NCBI GenBank assembly: GCA_002269645.1
Contig: NIVC01001121.1
Coordinates: 239,807-303,806 of the forward strand
Source of the DNA: Macrostomum lignano
Lineage: Eukaryota
Direction of reading: 5' to 3'
DNA: 64,000 nucleotides
Positions 25,298 to 39,595 of this stretch are shown piece after piece. The notes beneath the pieces are model-generated. The model saw nothing but the letters and a program-made list of their open reading frames with translations, was not told the origin of the DNA and ran no database searches. Within the stretch, counting starts at the first letter, position 1. Each line of letters opens with the position of its first letter. Position numbers and translations under genes: made by a program.

Positions 25298-26500
25298 CTG
25301 GGCGCCCCTGTCTCTTGGGTGGGCGCCCCTGTCTCTTAGGTGGGCACCCCTGTCTCTTGGGTGGGCGCCCCTGTCTCTTGGGTGGGCGCCCCTGTCTCTT
25401 GGGTGGGCGCCCCTGTCTCTCGGGTGGGCGCCCCTGTCTCTCGGGTGGGCGCCCCTGTCTCTTGATGGGCGCCCCTGTCTCTCGGGTGGGCGCCCCTGTC
25501 TCTTGGGTGGGCGCCCCTGTCTCTTGGTGAGCGCCCCTGTCTCTTGGGTGGGCGCCACTGTCTCTTGGGTGGGCGACCCCGTCTCTTGGTTGGCGCCCCT
25601 GTCTCTTGGGTGGGCGACCCCGTCTCTTGGTTGGCGCCCCTGTCTCTTGGGTGGGCGACCCCGTCTCTTGGGTGGGCGCCCCTGTCTCTTGATGGGCGCC
25701 CCTGTCTCTCGGGTGGGCGCCCCTGTCTCTTGGGTGGGCGCCCCTGTCTCTTGGTGAGCGCCCCTGTCTCTTGGGTGGGCGCCACTGTCTCTTGGGTGGG
25801 CGACCCCGTCTCTTGGTTGGCGCCCCTGTCTCTTGGGTGGGCGACCCCGTCTCTTGGTTGGCGCCCCTGTCTCTTGGGTGGGCGACCCCGTCTCTTGGTT
25901 GGCGCCCCTGTCTCTTGATGGGCGCCCCTGTCTCTCGGGTGGGCGCCCCTGTTTCTTGGTTGGGCGCCCCTGTCTCTTGATGGGCGCCCCTGTTTCTTGG
26001 GTCTTGGGTGGGCGCCCCTGTCTCTTGGGTGGGCGCCCCTGTCTCTTGGGTGGGCGCCCCTGTCTCTTGGGTGGGCGCCCCTGTCTCTTGATGGGCGCCC
26101 CTGTCTCTCGGGTGGGCGCCCCTGTCTCTTGGGTGGGCGACCCCGTCTCTTGGTTGGCGCCCCTGTCTCTTGGGTGGGCGACCCCGTCTCTTGGTTGGCG
26201 CCCCTGTCTCTTGGGTGGGCGACCCCGTCTCTTGGTTGGCGCCCCTGTCTCTTGATGGGCGCCCCTGTCTCTCGGGTGGGCGCCCCTGTTTCTTGGTTGG
26301 GCGCCCCTGTCTCTTGATGGGCGCCCCTGTCTCTTGGGTGGGCGCCCCTGTCTCTTGGGTGGGCGCCCCTGTCTCTTGGGTGGGCGCCCCTGTCTCTTGG
26401 GTGGGCGCCCCTGTTTCTTGGGTGGGCGCCCCTGTCTCTTGCGTGGGCGCCCCTGTCTCTTGATGGGCACCCCTGTCTCTTGGTGAGCGTCCTGTCTCTT
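25298..26500. repeat. 21-bp GC-rich minisatellite (TTGGGTGGGCGCCCCTGTCTC)
   Basis: Tandem units; 7-aa periodicity of the spurious ORFs. Confidence 0.96.
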
Positions 26501-27000
26501 GGTGACAAAACTTGAGCTCCTGTCATTCGTCAAGCTTAAAGTGGCGCCAAAAATTGATCAAATGGCACCAAATTAGTGTAAAGATTTTGGAGTCGCTAGT
26601 ACGTGACTTTGATGTAACACTGAATTAGTTTTGATGTGAGCGCAAATTTCTTGTCAATGAGGATAAAGAGGGCTACTTATTAAAAACCGCTCACACAATG
26701 ACCACTTTGAACAAGCAAGCGCTTGAAGGAACTGCAAACATCTGCAAAACAGCGGCACTCGAAGGCTAAGTTGAGCACGAATGAAGTGTGCTCAAGTCTC
26801 CATCAAGCTCACCCAGTCACTCTCTTCCCTTTGCGATAATTAAAAGCAAAATGCAAAGCAAAGTCAATTAAAGGGCTGGTGTGTCAGAGAGCAGCTCAGC
26901 GGCTAACTAGCGTAAGGCGCGGGGAATCGAAGCTTAGTTAATGTACTTTGGCGCAAGAGACCGAAGCGTTAACCCACTGAGCTGCTTTGATTTCTTCGCC

Positions 27001-27970
27001 TTGACTCAGGGGTCATCTTGACTCAGGGGTCATCTTGACTCAGGGGTCATCTTGACTCAGGGGTCATCTTGACTCAGGGGTCATCTTGACTCAGGGGTCA
27101 TATTCTTAACTCAGGGTCAGGAGGGTAGTGAGACCTTGATTCAGGCCTCATCTTGAGTAACTATGGTGATCTTGACTCAGGGGTCGCTTTGACTCAGGGG
27201 TCGCTTTGACTTAGGGGTCATTTTGACTCAGGGTCATCTTGACTCAGTGGTCATATTGACTCAGAGGTCAGTGGGAAGTGTGAGGGTTAGGGAGGGTAGT
27301 GAGACCTTGATTCAGGCCTCATCTTGAGTAACTATGGTGATCTTGACTCAGGGGTCGCTTTGACTCAGGGGTCGCTTTGACTTAGGGGTCATTTTGACTC
27401 AGGGTCATCTTGACTCAGTGGTCATATTGACTCAGAGGTCAGTGGGAAGTGTGAGGGTTAGGGAGGGTAGTGAGACCTTGATTCAGGCCTCATCTTGTGT
27501 AACTAGGGTCATCTTGACTCAGGCCTCATCTTGTGTAACTAGGGTAATCTTGACTCAGGCCTCATCTTGAATCAGGGTTAACCTTGACTCAGAGGTCATC
27601 TTGAATCAGGGTTAACCTTGACTCAGGGGTCATCTTGAATCAGGGTTAACCTTGACTCAGAGGTCATCTTGAATCAGGGTTAACCTTGACTCAGGGGTCA
27701 TCTTGAATCAGGGTTAACCTTGACTCAGAGGTCATCTTGAATCAGGGTTAACCTTGACTCAGGGGTCATCTTGAATCAGGGTTAACCTTGACTCAGAGGT
27801 CATCTTGAATCAGGGTTAACCTTGACTCAGGGGTCATCTTGAATCAGGGTTAACCTTGACTCAGAGGTCATCTTGAATCAGGGTTAACCTTGACTCAGGG
27901 GTCATCTTGAATCAGGGTTAACCTTGACTCAGAGGTCATCTTGAATCAGGGTTAACCTTGACTCAGGGGT
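27001..27970. repeat. 17-bp minisatellite (GACTCAGGGGTCATCTT) with 34/68-bp higher-order units
   Basis: Tandem units; alternating variants from ~27545. Confidence 0.93.
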
Positions 27971-28514
27971 CACTTGCAGCGTTACACTAAGAACCTCAGA
28001 TAGCTGACTAATTTCACAAGCTCAATAAACGTTTTTTAGCTTCAAAGTCTTGTGAAATTCCTGTCCTTATTTGGGGAACGAATTACCTCCTCCCCGTCTT
28101 CTATCAGGAGAATAGACGGGCATCTCCCTCTTTCCCCCCTGAGCCCCTGAATTCTCAAATTCCAAAAAATCGCGCCATGGGCCACCCCCCTGCCTGCTTG
28201 GCTATTTTCCTGTTTTGATTTTTTCATAATACTAGACACACGGATTCTGCTGTCTGCTGGCTTTTGATCTTCGGAGCGGGTGCCTCATCCCCACCGTCAC
28301 GTCAAAGAGGGAATCTGGAGGGGAATAGGGGAAGCTGATCCGGTGTGTGTGCCTTTTGTCCAGGCTGGTGGCTGTAGCGCAGGGATTTAAACAAAAATTT
28401 GACTCTCCGTATGAAAAGAAAAGTAAATGAAATCTGAGATAGGAAATAAACATCTTGACGGAGTGACTGAACAGCATAAATAATCTGGAATGACCTCGGA
28501 AAAAGCAAGGAATA

Positions 28515-31505
28515 GAGAGTGACCATCACAATGAATAGAGAGTGACCATCACAATGAATAGAGAGTGACCATCACAATGAATAGAGAGTGACCATCGCAA
28601 TGGATAGAGAGTGACTATCACAATGAATAGAGAGTGACCAATGCAATGAATAGAGAGTGACTATCACAATGAATAGAGAGTGACTATCACAATGAATAGA
28701 GAGTGACTATCACAATGAATAGAGAGTGACTATTACAATGAATAGAGAGTGACTATCACAATGAATAGAGAGTGACCAATGCAATGAATAGAGAGTGACT
28801 ATCACAATGAATAGAGAGTGACCAATGCAATGAACAGAGAGTGACCATCGCAATGAACAGAGAGTGACCATCACAATGAATAGAGAGTGACCATCACAAT
28901 AAACAGAGAGTGACCATCACAATGAATAGAGAGTGACCATCACAATGAATAGAGAGTGACTATCACAATGAATAGAGAGTGACCAATGCAATGAATAGAG
29001 AGTGACCAATGCAATGAATAGAGAGTGACCAATGCAATGAACAGGGAGTGACCAAAGCAATGAACATAGAGTGACCAATGCAATGAACAGAGAGTGACCA
29101 ATGCAATGAGCAGAGAGTGACCAATGCAATGAATAGAGAGTGACCATCACAATGAATAGAGAGTGACTATCACAATGGACAGAGAGTGACCAAAGCAATG
29201 AACAGAGAGTGACCAATGCAATGAACAGAGAGTAACCAATTCAATGAACAGAGAGTGACCAATGCAATGAACAGAGAGTGACCAATGCAATGAACAGAGA
29301 GTGACCAAAGCAATGAACAGAGAGTGACCAAAGCAATGAACAGAGAGTGACCAATGCAAGGAACAGAGAGTGACCAATGCAATGAACAGAGAGTGACCAA
29401 AGCAATGAACAGAGAGTGACCAAAGCAATGAACAGAGAGTGACCAAAGCAATGAATAGAGAGTGACCAATGCAATGAACAGAGAGTGACCAAAGCAATGA
29501 ACAGAGAGTGACCAAAGCAATGAACAGAGAGTGACCAAAGCAATGAACAGAGAGTGACCAAAGCAATGAACAGAGAGTGACCAATGCAATGAACAGAGAG
29601 TGACCAATGCAATGAATAGAGAGTGACCAAAGCAATGAACAGAGAGTGACCAAAGCAATGAACAGAGAGTGACCAAAGCAATGAATAGAGAGTGACCAAT
29701 GCAATGAACAGAGAGTGACCAAAGCAATGAACAGAGAGTGACCAAAGCAATGAACAGAGAGTGACCAAAGCAATGAACAGAGAGTGACCGATGCAATGAA
29801 CAGAGAGTGACCAAAGCAATGAACAGAGAGTGACCAAAGCAATGAACAGAGAGTGACCAAAGCAATGAACAGAGAGTGACCAAAGCAATGAACAGAGAGT
29901 GACCAAAGCAATGAACATAGAGTGACCAATGCAATGAACAGAGAGTGACCAATGCAATGAGCAGAGAGTGACCAATGCAATGAATAGAGAGTGACCATCA
30001 CAATGAATAGAGAGTGACCATCACAATGAATAGAGAGTGACTATCACAATGGACAGAGAGTGACCAAAGCAATGAACAGAGAGTGACCAATGCAATGAAC
30101 AGAGAGTAACCAATGCAATGAACAGAGAGTGACCAATGCAATGAACAGAGAGTGACCAATGCAATGAACAGAGAGTGACCAAAGCAATGAACAGAGAGTG
30201 ACCAAAGCAATGAACAGAGAGTGACCAATGCAAGGAACAGAGAGTGACCAATGCAATGAATAGAGAGTGACCAAAGCAATGAACAGAGAGTGACCAAAGC
30301 AATGAACAGAGAGTGACCAAAGCAATGAATAGAGAGTGACCAATGCAATGAACAGAGAGTGACCAAAGCAATGAACAGAGAGTGACCAAAGCAATGAACA
30401 GAGAGTGACCAAAGCAATGAACAGAGAGTGACCAAAGCAATGAACAGAGAGTGACCAAAGCAATGAACAGAGAGTGACCAAAGCAATGAACAGAGAGTGA
30501 CCGATGCAATGAACAGAGAGTGACCAAAGCAATGAACAGAGAGTGACCAAAGCAATGAACAGAGAGTGACCAAAGCAATGAACAGAGAGTGACCAAAGCA
30601 ATGAACAGAGAGTGACCAAAGCAATGAACAGAGAGTGACCGATGCAATGAACAGAGAGTGACCAATGCAATGAACAGAGAGTGACCAAAGCAATGAACAG
30701 AGAGTGACCAAAGCAATGAACAGAGAGTGACCAATGCAAGGAACAGAGAGTGACCAATGCAATGAATAGAGAGTGACCAAAGCAATGAACAGAGAGTGAC
30801 CAAAGCAATGAACAGAGAGTGACCAAAGCAATGAACAGAGAGTGACCAATGCAATGAACAGAGAGTGACCAAAGCAATGAACAGAGAGTGACCAAAGCAA
30901 TGAACAGAGAGTGACCAAAGCAATGAACAGAGAGTGACCAAAGCAATGAACAGAGAGTGACCAAAGCAATGAACAGAGAGTGACCAAAGCAATGAACAGA
31001 GAGTGACCAAAGCAATGAACAGAGAGTGACCAAAGCAATGAACAGAGAGTGACCGATGCAATGAACAGAGAGTGACCGATGCAATGAACAGAGAGTGACC
31101 AAAGCAATGAACAGAGAGTGACCAATGCAATGAACAGAGAGTGACCAATGCAATGAACAGAGAGTGACCAAAGCAATGAACAGAGAGTGACCAAAGCAAT
31201 GAACAGAGAGTGACCAAAGCAATGAACAGAGAGTGACCGATGCAATGAACAGAGAGTGACCAAAGCAATGAACAGAGAGTGACCAATGCAATGAGCAGAG
31301 AGTGACCAAAGCAATGAACAGAGAGTGACCAAAGCAATGAACAGAGAGTGACCAAAGCAATGAACAGAGAGTGACCGATGCAATGAACAGAGAGTGACCA
31401 AAGCAATGAACAGAGAGTGACCGATGCAATGAACAGAGAGTGACCGATGCAATGAACAGAGAGTGACCGATGCAATGAACAGAGAGTGACCAGCGCAATG
31501 AACTG
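28515..31505. repeat. 23-bp minisatellite (GACCAAAGCAATGAACAGAGAGT), ~3 kb
   Basis: Tandem units; 23-aa periodicity of the spurious ORFs. Confidence 0.97.
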
Positions 31506-32179
31506 AGAGTGAATTCACGAAGTGACAAATATGGTAATTTGTTCAAATTTACCATAATAACAATTAAAAAAACAGTTTAAAACTTCCAAGAATCCGTAAA
31601 GCGCAAGATGCGCAGGAAGATAGAAATTTGCCTTGCATGTAAAATAATTACTCGACTCTCTGCAGTTAACCCCCCTGCCTGCAGCGACTGCCTCAGCAGC
31701 CTCCTCGCGCCGTGTCCCAGTTTTCAACCGGGCCTGAGCCGGGCACGCCGTCTCAATGCTTTTTTTCCTGTCAGCCTCCTCGCCGCTTGCTGCATCTAAT
31801 TAACCAGGAGGGGGGTTGGGGGCTGAGAAGGCGGAGGAGAGGTCGCCCCCTCTGCAGGGAGAAGAATTACAAGCAGGCAACAGGCTTAGAAGAGGGAGAC
31901 AGGGCAGGCCTGTAAGAGTGCACCGGAGGGGGCGGCTTGTGGATCGAGCTGTCAAATAATTTCGGCTTGGCTTGTAAAATTGTTTCAGGGACAAATTCTG
32001 GCTGCAGTTTGAGGCTGGGCGGGTTGAAACCATGGAGCGTCATCATCTCACCCTTGGGGACTTCTCCGAACTAATTGAGCAGCTGCTAATTGGCTATTAA
32101 AAACCGCTTCTCAACCAGCTAAGGCGAAGTGGAGAAGTGGCTGCAGATCAGAGTTAATGAGAGAGCTTCGAATGCGCCT

Positions 32180-32780
<601 letters not shown>

Positions 32781-32802
32781 AATCAAATATATCCGCCCCC
32801 AG

Positions 32803-33234
32803 CTCAACACCGAATGGACCGAGCTGGAGGTGATCGACCTGCTCAACGACGGCTCCGGCCTGGGCTTCGGCATCGTGGGCAGCAAGAGCACCGGCGTGGT
32901 GGTCCGCACCATCCTCTCTGGCGGCGCCGCCGACAGGGACGGCCGGCTTTGCTCCGGCGATCACATCCTCAGCGTCGGCACGGTGTGCACCCGCGGCATG
33001 GCCAGCGAGCACGTCGCCAGCCTCCTGCGCCAGTGCAGCGACCAGGTGCGCCTTATTGTTGCCCGCGCCGTCCGGGACGCGGCGTCGCACAGCCCGACGG
33101 CGGAGCCCGGCCGGCTCTGCCAGCTAACGCCGACTGCCGAGCTGGACGCGCACCTGGCCGACCTGCTGGCGACGATGCAGCCGCAGTTGAACGACGAGGA
33201 AGCGATGGCGGAGGCTGAGCAGCAGGATTCGCGG
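32803..33234 (+). CDS. MPDZ: MPDZ/PATJ-family multi-PDZ protein, exon with PDZ2-like domain
   Basis: ccccag| acceptor; [18 protein letters not shown]...[10 protein letters not shown]...[14 protein letters not shown] closely follows MPDZ PDZ2 as recalled; donor gtgggg is weak. Confidence 0.9.
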
Positions 33235-33304
33235 GTGGGGAAGAGTTTTGTCTGTTGCTAGCAAAGATTTATTGATCAATCAACTAATCAAGCAACTATT
33301 CGTC

Positions 33305-33785
<481 letters not shown>

Positions 33786-33912
33786 TTCAATAATTTCATC
33801 GTTTTGGAAAAGCAGAATCTTTTATCAATCGAACTGTTCCACCCATCCCCCTATCATTTAGCACTTAGCTGTTTCGCTAAAATGCATGTCTATACTTTGA
33901 ACACCATCGCAG

Positions 33913-34114
33913 ACCCAGACCAGCTGGCCCCAGAACTGCCTAGAGCAGTTTCACAAGCCACCGCAATTGCCAAACAGCAGAAATTCGGCCGAAGAAAATC
34001 CCGAAGAAGACTTTGAGAACGAAGAGGAGAAACATTTCACCGTGTTGTTGAACCGCCACGGCTCCAGGGGGCTCGGCATCACCATTGCGGGATATGTGGG
34101 CGAGTGCCCACTGG
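33913..34114 (+). CDS. MPDZ: MPDZ-like exon, start of PDZ3
   Basis: catcgcag| phase-0 acceptor (alternative at 33958); GLGITIAGYVG; G|gtgagc donor. Confidence 0.85.
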
Positions 34115-34139
34115 GTGAGCCGCGGCTGCACTGCGGGTG

Positions 34140-35060
34140 TCAGACTGTATGGGTGTCAGACTGTCTATGGGGTGTCAGATTGTCTATGAGGTGTCAGACT
34201 TTTATGGGGTGTCAGATTGTCTATGGGGTGTCAGACTATCTATGGGGTGTAAAACTATCTATGAGGTGTCAGACTATCTATGGGGTGTCAGCCTGTCTAT
34301 GGGGTGTCAGCCTGTCTATGGGTTGTCAGCCTGTCTATGGGGTGTCAGCCTGTCTATGGGATGTCAGACTGTCTATGGGGTGTCAGCCTGTCTATGGGGT
34401 GTCAGATTGTCCTCTGTCAGACTGTCCATGGGGTGTCAAGCTGTCTATAAGGTGTTAGACTGTCTATAAGGTGTTAGACTGTCTATAAGGTGTTAGACTG
34501 TCTATAAGGTGTCAGACTGTCTATAAGGTGTCAGACTGTTTATGGGGTGTCAGACTGTCTAAAAGGTGTCAGACTGTCTATAAGGTGTCAGGCTGTCTAA
34601 AAGGTGTCAGCCTGTCTATGGGGTGTCAGATTGTCCTCTGTCAGACTATCTATGGGGTGTCAAGCTGTCTATAAGGTGTTAGACTGTCTATAAGGTGTCA
34701 GACTGTCTATGGGGTGTCAGACAGTCTATGGGGTGTCAGACTGTCTATGGGGTGTCAGACAGTCTATGGGGTGTCAGATTGTCCACTGTCAAACTATCTA
34801 TGGGGTGTCAAGCTGTCTATAAGGTGTTAGACTGTCTATAAGGTGTTAGACTATCTATAAGGTGTCAGACTGTCTATTGGGTGTCAGACTGTCTATAAGG
34901 TGTCAGACTGTCTATGGGGTGTCAGATTGTCCTCTGTCAGACTGTCTATGGGGTTTCTGATTGTTCTCTGTCAGACTATCTATAGAGACTCGGTTTGACT
35001 ATGAGGGGTCAGACTGTGGTGCGTCAAACTATCATGAGGATGTCAAACTCTGGGTTACAT
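34140..35060. repeat. 19-bp minisatellite (GTCAGACTGTCTATGGGGT)
   Basis: Tandem units. Confidence 0.94.
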
Positions 35061-35199
35061 GTCAGGCTGTGTACAGTCTAAGGAAAACTTATTTTAAAAA
35101 TTTCTATGATCTAGACTTTCATCTACTCTAAGTAGTCTATGCAACATTTCGTAGAATGCAACATAAAAATGACAAAAACTACTTCGCCGAAAGTTGCAG

Positions 35200-35291
35200 C
35201 GAAGCTGAGCGGCATCTTCATCAAAAGCATTTTGCCCGGAAGTGAAGCTGGCATCCAGGGACGACTAGCCGTGAATGACCGCATTGTTAGG
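35200..35291 (+). CDS. MPDZ: MPDZ-like exon, PDZ3 middle
   Basis: ttgcag|CG phase 1; LSGIFIKSILPGS...GRLAVNDRIVR; |gtaagt donor. Confidence 0.9.
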
Positions 35292-35324
35292 GTAAGTAGT
35301 TTGTCTCATGAATCTAGACAATTA

Positions 35325-35650
35325 AGCACACTAAGCGCCAAAACAAGCACACTAAGCGCTAAAATAAGCACACTAAGCGCCAACATTATCACACTAAGCG
35401 CCAACATTATCACACTAAGCGCCAAAACAAGCACACTAAGCGCCAACCTAAACACACTAAGCGCCAAAACAAGCACACTAAGCGCCAACCTAAACACACT
35501 AAGCGCCAAAACAAGCACACTAAGCGCCAACCTAAACACACTAAGCGCCAAAACAAGCACACTAAGCGCCAACCTAAACACACTAAGCGCCAAAACAAGC
35601 ACACTAAGCGCCAACCTAAACACACTAAGCGCCAACATAAGCACTCTAAG
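35325..35650. repeat. 21-bp minisatellite (CACACTAAGCGCC core) with 42-bp alternation
   Basis: Tandem units. Confidence 0.92.
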
Positions 35651-36249
35651 CGCCTCGACAGCCTCGCGGGTGCCAAGCACAGACTATGAATCAAGCGGAG
35701 CAAGCCTCCCATAATTAATGAGCAGTCGGTAGCATTGCAGCTCACAAAGACCCCCAGACAAAATTTCATGAAAAAACTCAATTAAATCCGATAGAGGAAA
35801 TGAGGAGAAAATTCTGGGCAGAATTTTTTTATCATTTCCCAATGATTGATTGAGGCGAATGGCTTCATTCGTGCGAGTTAAATCTTCAGCTCCATCTGAA
35901 CTTAATCTATACTTGAGTCCATTCATCTACCTGCTCTATTAATAGCCAAAGTCCAAATTGCATTGCCCAGCTGAGCTGAGAGGCGTGACTTCAGCTAGCG
36001 CTGGGGGTGTGAGAGTTCAGAGACGCCCCGTTTCTCATCTGACAGACATTTGAAGCAGCTCACGAGCCTGCATGGTCTCAGAATTTCCTTTGTTACCGGC
36101 AACTCGTTTGCTCCTCGTACTGCATACTGCTTTTGTAGGACTTGCGTGCATACTGTGGGTTTACGTTGTTGTACATGTAGCAATATAACCTATCCTCTCT
36201 CGTAGTTGTAGCATTATGCCCCCCATCAGCTTAAAGTCCACCTAAATCC

Positions 36250-36920
36250 ACCTCTACCCTCTTACTCCTCTCTACCTCTCCCCTCTCTACCTCTCTCCTC
36301 TCTACCTCTCTCTCCTCTCTACCTCTCTCTCCTCTCTACCTCTCTCTCCTCTCTACCTCTCTCCTCTCTACCTCTCTCCTCTCTACCTCTCTCTCCTCTC
36401 TACCTCTCTCTCCTCTCTACCTCTCTCTCCTCTCTACCTCTCTCCCCTCTCTACCTCTCTCTCCTCTCTACCTCTCTCCTCTCTACCTCTCTCCTCTCTA
36501 CCTCTCTCTCCTCTCTACCTCTCTCTCCTCTCTACCTCTCTCTCCTCTCTACCTCTCTCCTCTCTACCTCTCTCTCCTCTCTACCTCTCTCCTCTCTACC
36601 TCTCTCTCCTCTCTACCTCTCTCTCCTCTCTACCTCTCTCTCCTCTCTACCTCTCTTTCTCCTCTCTACCTCTCTCTCCTCTCTACCTCTCTCTCCTCTC
36701 TACTTCTCTCTCCTCTCTACCTGTCTCTCCTCTCTACCTCTCTTTCTCCTCTCTACCTCTCTCTCCTCTCTACCTCTCTCTCCTCTCTACCTCTCTCCTC
36801 TCTACCTCTCTCCTCTCTACCTCTCTCCTCTCTACCTCTCCCTTTTCTCTACCTCTCTCTCCTCTCTACCTCTCTTCTCTCTACCTCTCTCCTCTCTACC
36901 TCTCTCCTCTCTACCTCTCC
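36250..36920. repeat. Pyrimidine-rich repeat (CTCTCTACCTCTCTC-type)
   Basis: Direct reading. Confidence 0.93.
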
Positions 36921-37454
36921 CTCTGTTATCTTCAGCCTTGCCTCTCTTATATCTACCTCTCGTCTCCACCTCTGCCTCGCCTTTCTTTGTTTCTTAACAT
37001 GCAATAATAAACCAACGTTTGACAAATTAAGAACCAGTTCCAAGGGCAATTTTAATCTCCATGGATCGGGCAGAATTTAGGGTGTCAGTGGGTATGGCAG
37101 GCGAGCTTTCGGAAGCCAGTTCCTACAGTGCATCCATCGGATTAACTTGAAGTTGGAAGGGCCTGCTATCTGGGCAGCGGGTGTGCATGTTCTTCAACCC
37201 GAAACCCCGCATCCTCCCCTCCTCTCCACCAACCCGTTCCCCGATAAGGAGTCCCAGATACAGCATCAGGAATTGCCTCACCATTCCATTCACTGGGGGC
37301 TGAATTGAGGGGCGCACTAACCGCGATTACTCTGCTTAACTTGCTATAAAATCTATTTTTTCTATGTATTTTCTAGTCTGATTATCTGGTCCCCAAGACT
37401 GTCTGTGCTGAAACTCCGTTCGATAAAATTCATTAAGCAAAAAATGCGTTTCTG

Positions 37455-37900
37455 ATCTCTCCCTCCCTTCTCTCTTTTCTCCTTTTCCCCTCTTCTCTCC
37501 CTCCCTTCTCTCTTTTCTCCTTTCCCCCTCTTCTCTCCCTTCCTCTCTCTTTCTCCTTTCCCCCTCTTCTCTCCCTCCCTTCTCTCCTTTCTCCTTTCCC
37601 CCTCTTCTCTCCCTCCCTTCTCTCTTTTCTCCTTTCCCCCTCTTCTCTCCCTCCCTTCTCTCTTTTCTCCTTTTCCCCTCTTCTCTCCCTTCTTCTCTCT
37701 CCTCTATTTTCTCCTCTCTTCTCTCTCTTCTCTCGTCTCCTCTCCTCTCCTCTCCTCTTCTGTCCTCTCCTTTTTCTCCTCTATTATCTCCATTCTTCTC
37801 TCTTATTTCTTGTCTCATCTCTTCTCTCATCCCATATCTCATATTTCCTGATGTTTCCTCATCTCCTCTCTTGCCTCTCTTCTGTCATCTCATTCATTTC
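37455..37900. repeat. CT-rich low-complexity tandem repeat
   Basis: Direct reading. Confidence 0.9.
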
Positions 37901-38238
37901 CTCCCTACCTTGCTCGCAGCAATGAGCTGGATTATTTATCTGGCCCCTTTGAGTAAAATAGTTCGCCAACCCATGCAATATTTCCACAGAACAGAAAACT
38001 AGCTAGGCTAGCAATCCATTACTGCTTTCGCCCAAGAATCCCAGACGACTGTCTAGTTTTAGATCTCCTTGTCCACCGGGCAAACCCGATTGGATGTGGG
38101 AAGGAGATGGGAAAATACTTTTTATAAGCAAGAGGATCGAGAGAACGGATAAGAGAATCATCCAGTCCTAAAAAATCATACAGTCCACCGTGTAGAGTTA
38201 TTGTTTTTATTCGTTAATAACTCCCGACTACCACAAAG

Positions 38239-38374
38239 GTCAATGGTTCGAGTCTGGAAGGCTGCTCAAATCACGCGGCGGTTGAGCTGCTGAGAAGCTG
38301 CGGCAGTCGAGTACGGCTTCGGCTGGTCAGGTACAAATCCGGTCACGTGCATCACCAGCTGATGGCGCACACGC
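38239..38374 (+). CDS. MPDZ: MPDZ-like exon, end of PDZ3
   Basis: cacaaag|GTC phase 0; VNGSSLEGCSNHAAVELLRSCGSRVRLRLVR; C|gtgagt donor. Not in the ORF track. Confidence 0.88.
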
Positions 38375-38409
38375 GTGAGTCCTGCTGGCTGCTGGGATTG
38401 TCCTCGGGA

Positions 38410-39215
38410 GGGATGGAATGGGATTTGAGGGGATAGAATGGGATTTGAGGGGATAGAACGGGATATGAGGGGATAGAATGGGATTTGAGGGGATAGAATG
38501 GGATATGAGGGGATAGAATGGGATTTGAGGGGATAGAATGATTTTTGAGGAGATAAAATGGGACTTGATGGGATAGAATGGGATTTGAGAGGATAGAATG
38601 GGACTTGATGGTATAGAATGGAATTGAGGGGATAGAATTGAATTGAGGGGATATAATGATATTTGATTGGATAAAATGGGATTCGAGGGGTTAAAATGGG
38701 TTTTGAGGAGATAGACTGAGACTTGATGGTATAGAATGGGATTTTAGGGGATAGAATGGGATTTGAGGGGATAGAATGGGATTTGAGGGGATAGAATTGG
38801 ATATGAGGAGATAGACTGAGACTTGATGGTATAGAATGGGATTTTAGGGGATAGAATGGGATTTGAGGGGATAGAATGGGATTTGAGGGGATAGAATGGG
38901 ATTTGAGGGGATAGAATGGGATCTGAGGGGATAGAATGGGATTTGAGGGGATAGAATGGGATTTGAGGGGATAGAATGGGATTTGAGGGGATAGAATGGG
39001 ATTTGAGGGGATAGAATGGGATTTGAGGGGATAGAATGGGATAGAATGGGATTTGAGAGGGTAAAATGGGATTCGAGAAGATAGAATGGGATGTGTTAGG
39101 GGAAAGAATGAGATTTTTGGGATTTTATGGGACAGAATGAAATAGAATGGGATTTAAAGGAATAGAATGGGATGTAGGGGAAAGAATTAGGGTTTTGAAG
39201 GGATAGAATGGGATG
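38410..39215. repeat. 20-bp minisatellite (GGATAGAATGGGATTTGAGG)
   Basis: Tandem units. Confidence 0.93.
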
Positions 39216-39595
39216 TGAAATTTTCAAAGGAGAAATATTAACTTACAATAGATAATATAAGTGCAATTTTACTAGATTAGGATAATAAAATTGTTCCGTG
39301 TGTCTGGCGTCAGGTGCTATAAGCTAATATCAATAAAATTTAATAAAGATAAACTGGTTGGCCTTGCAGTCTGAAGCACTGCCAGATGAAAGAGTCTTGG
39401 TGGCCAGCCTTCACGGGCGAGTTTGGAGTGGGAACAGAGGAAACTTAAGAGCCCTACTGGACAAGTGCAGATGCAGTTTAGTATATTGTGATGGGATCCG
39501 GGATGGTTCTAGCTGTCACGTGGCAATACTGGTTTCTATAATAAAGTATGCTTTGATTTGGCCTATCCATAAAACACTCAGGACCAAAAATACTT

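Noticed and set aside
25136-26533. 465-aa ORF with KRQGRPP repeats resembling AT-hooks
   Set aside because: Translation of the 21-bp minisatellite; several frames on both strands are open and there is no unique coding context
28917-31555. Long Cys/His-rich hydrophobic ORFs
   Set aside because: All three minus frames are open because the 23-bp unit lacks stops
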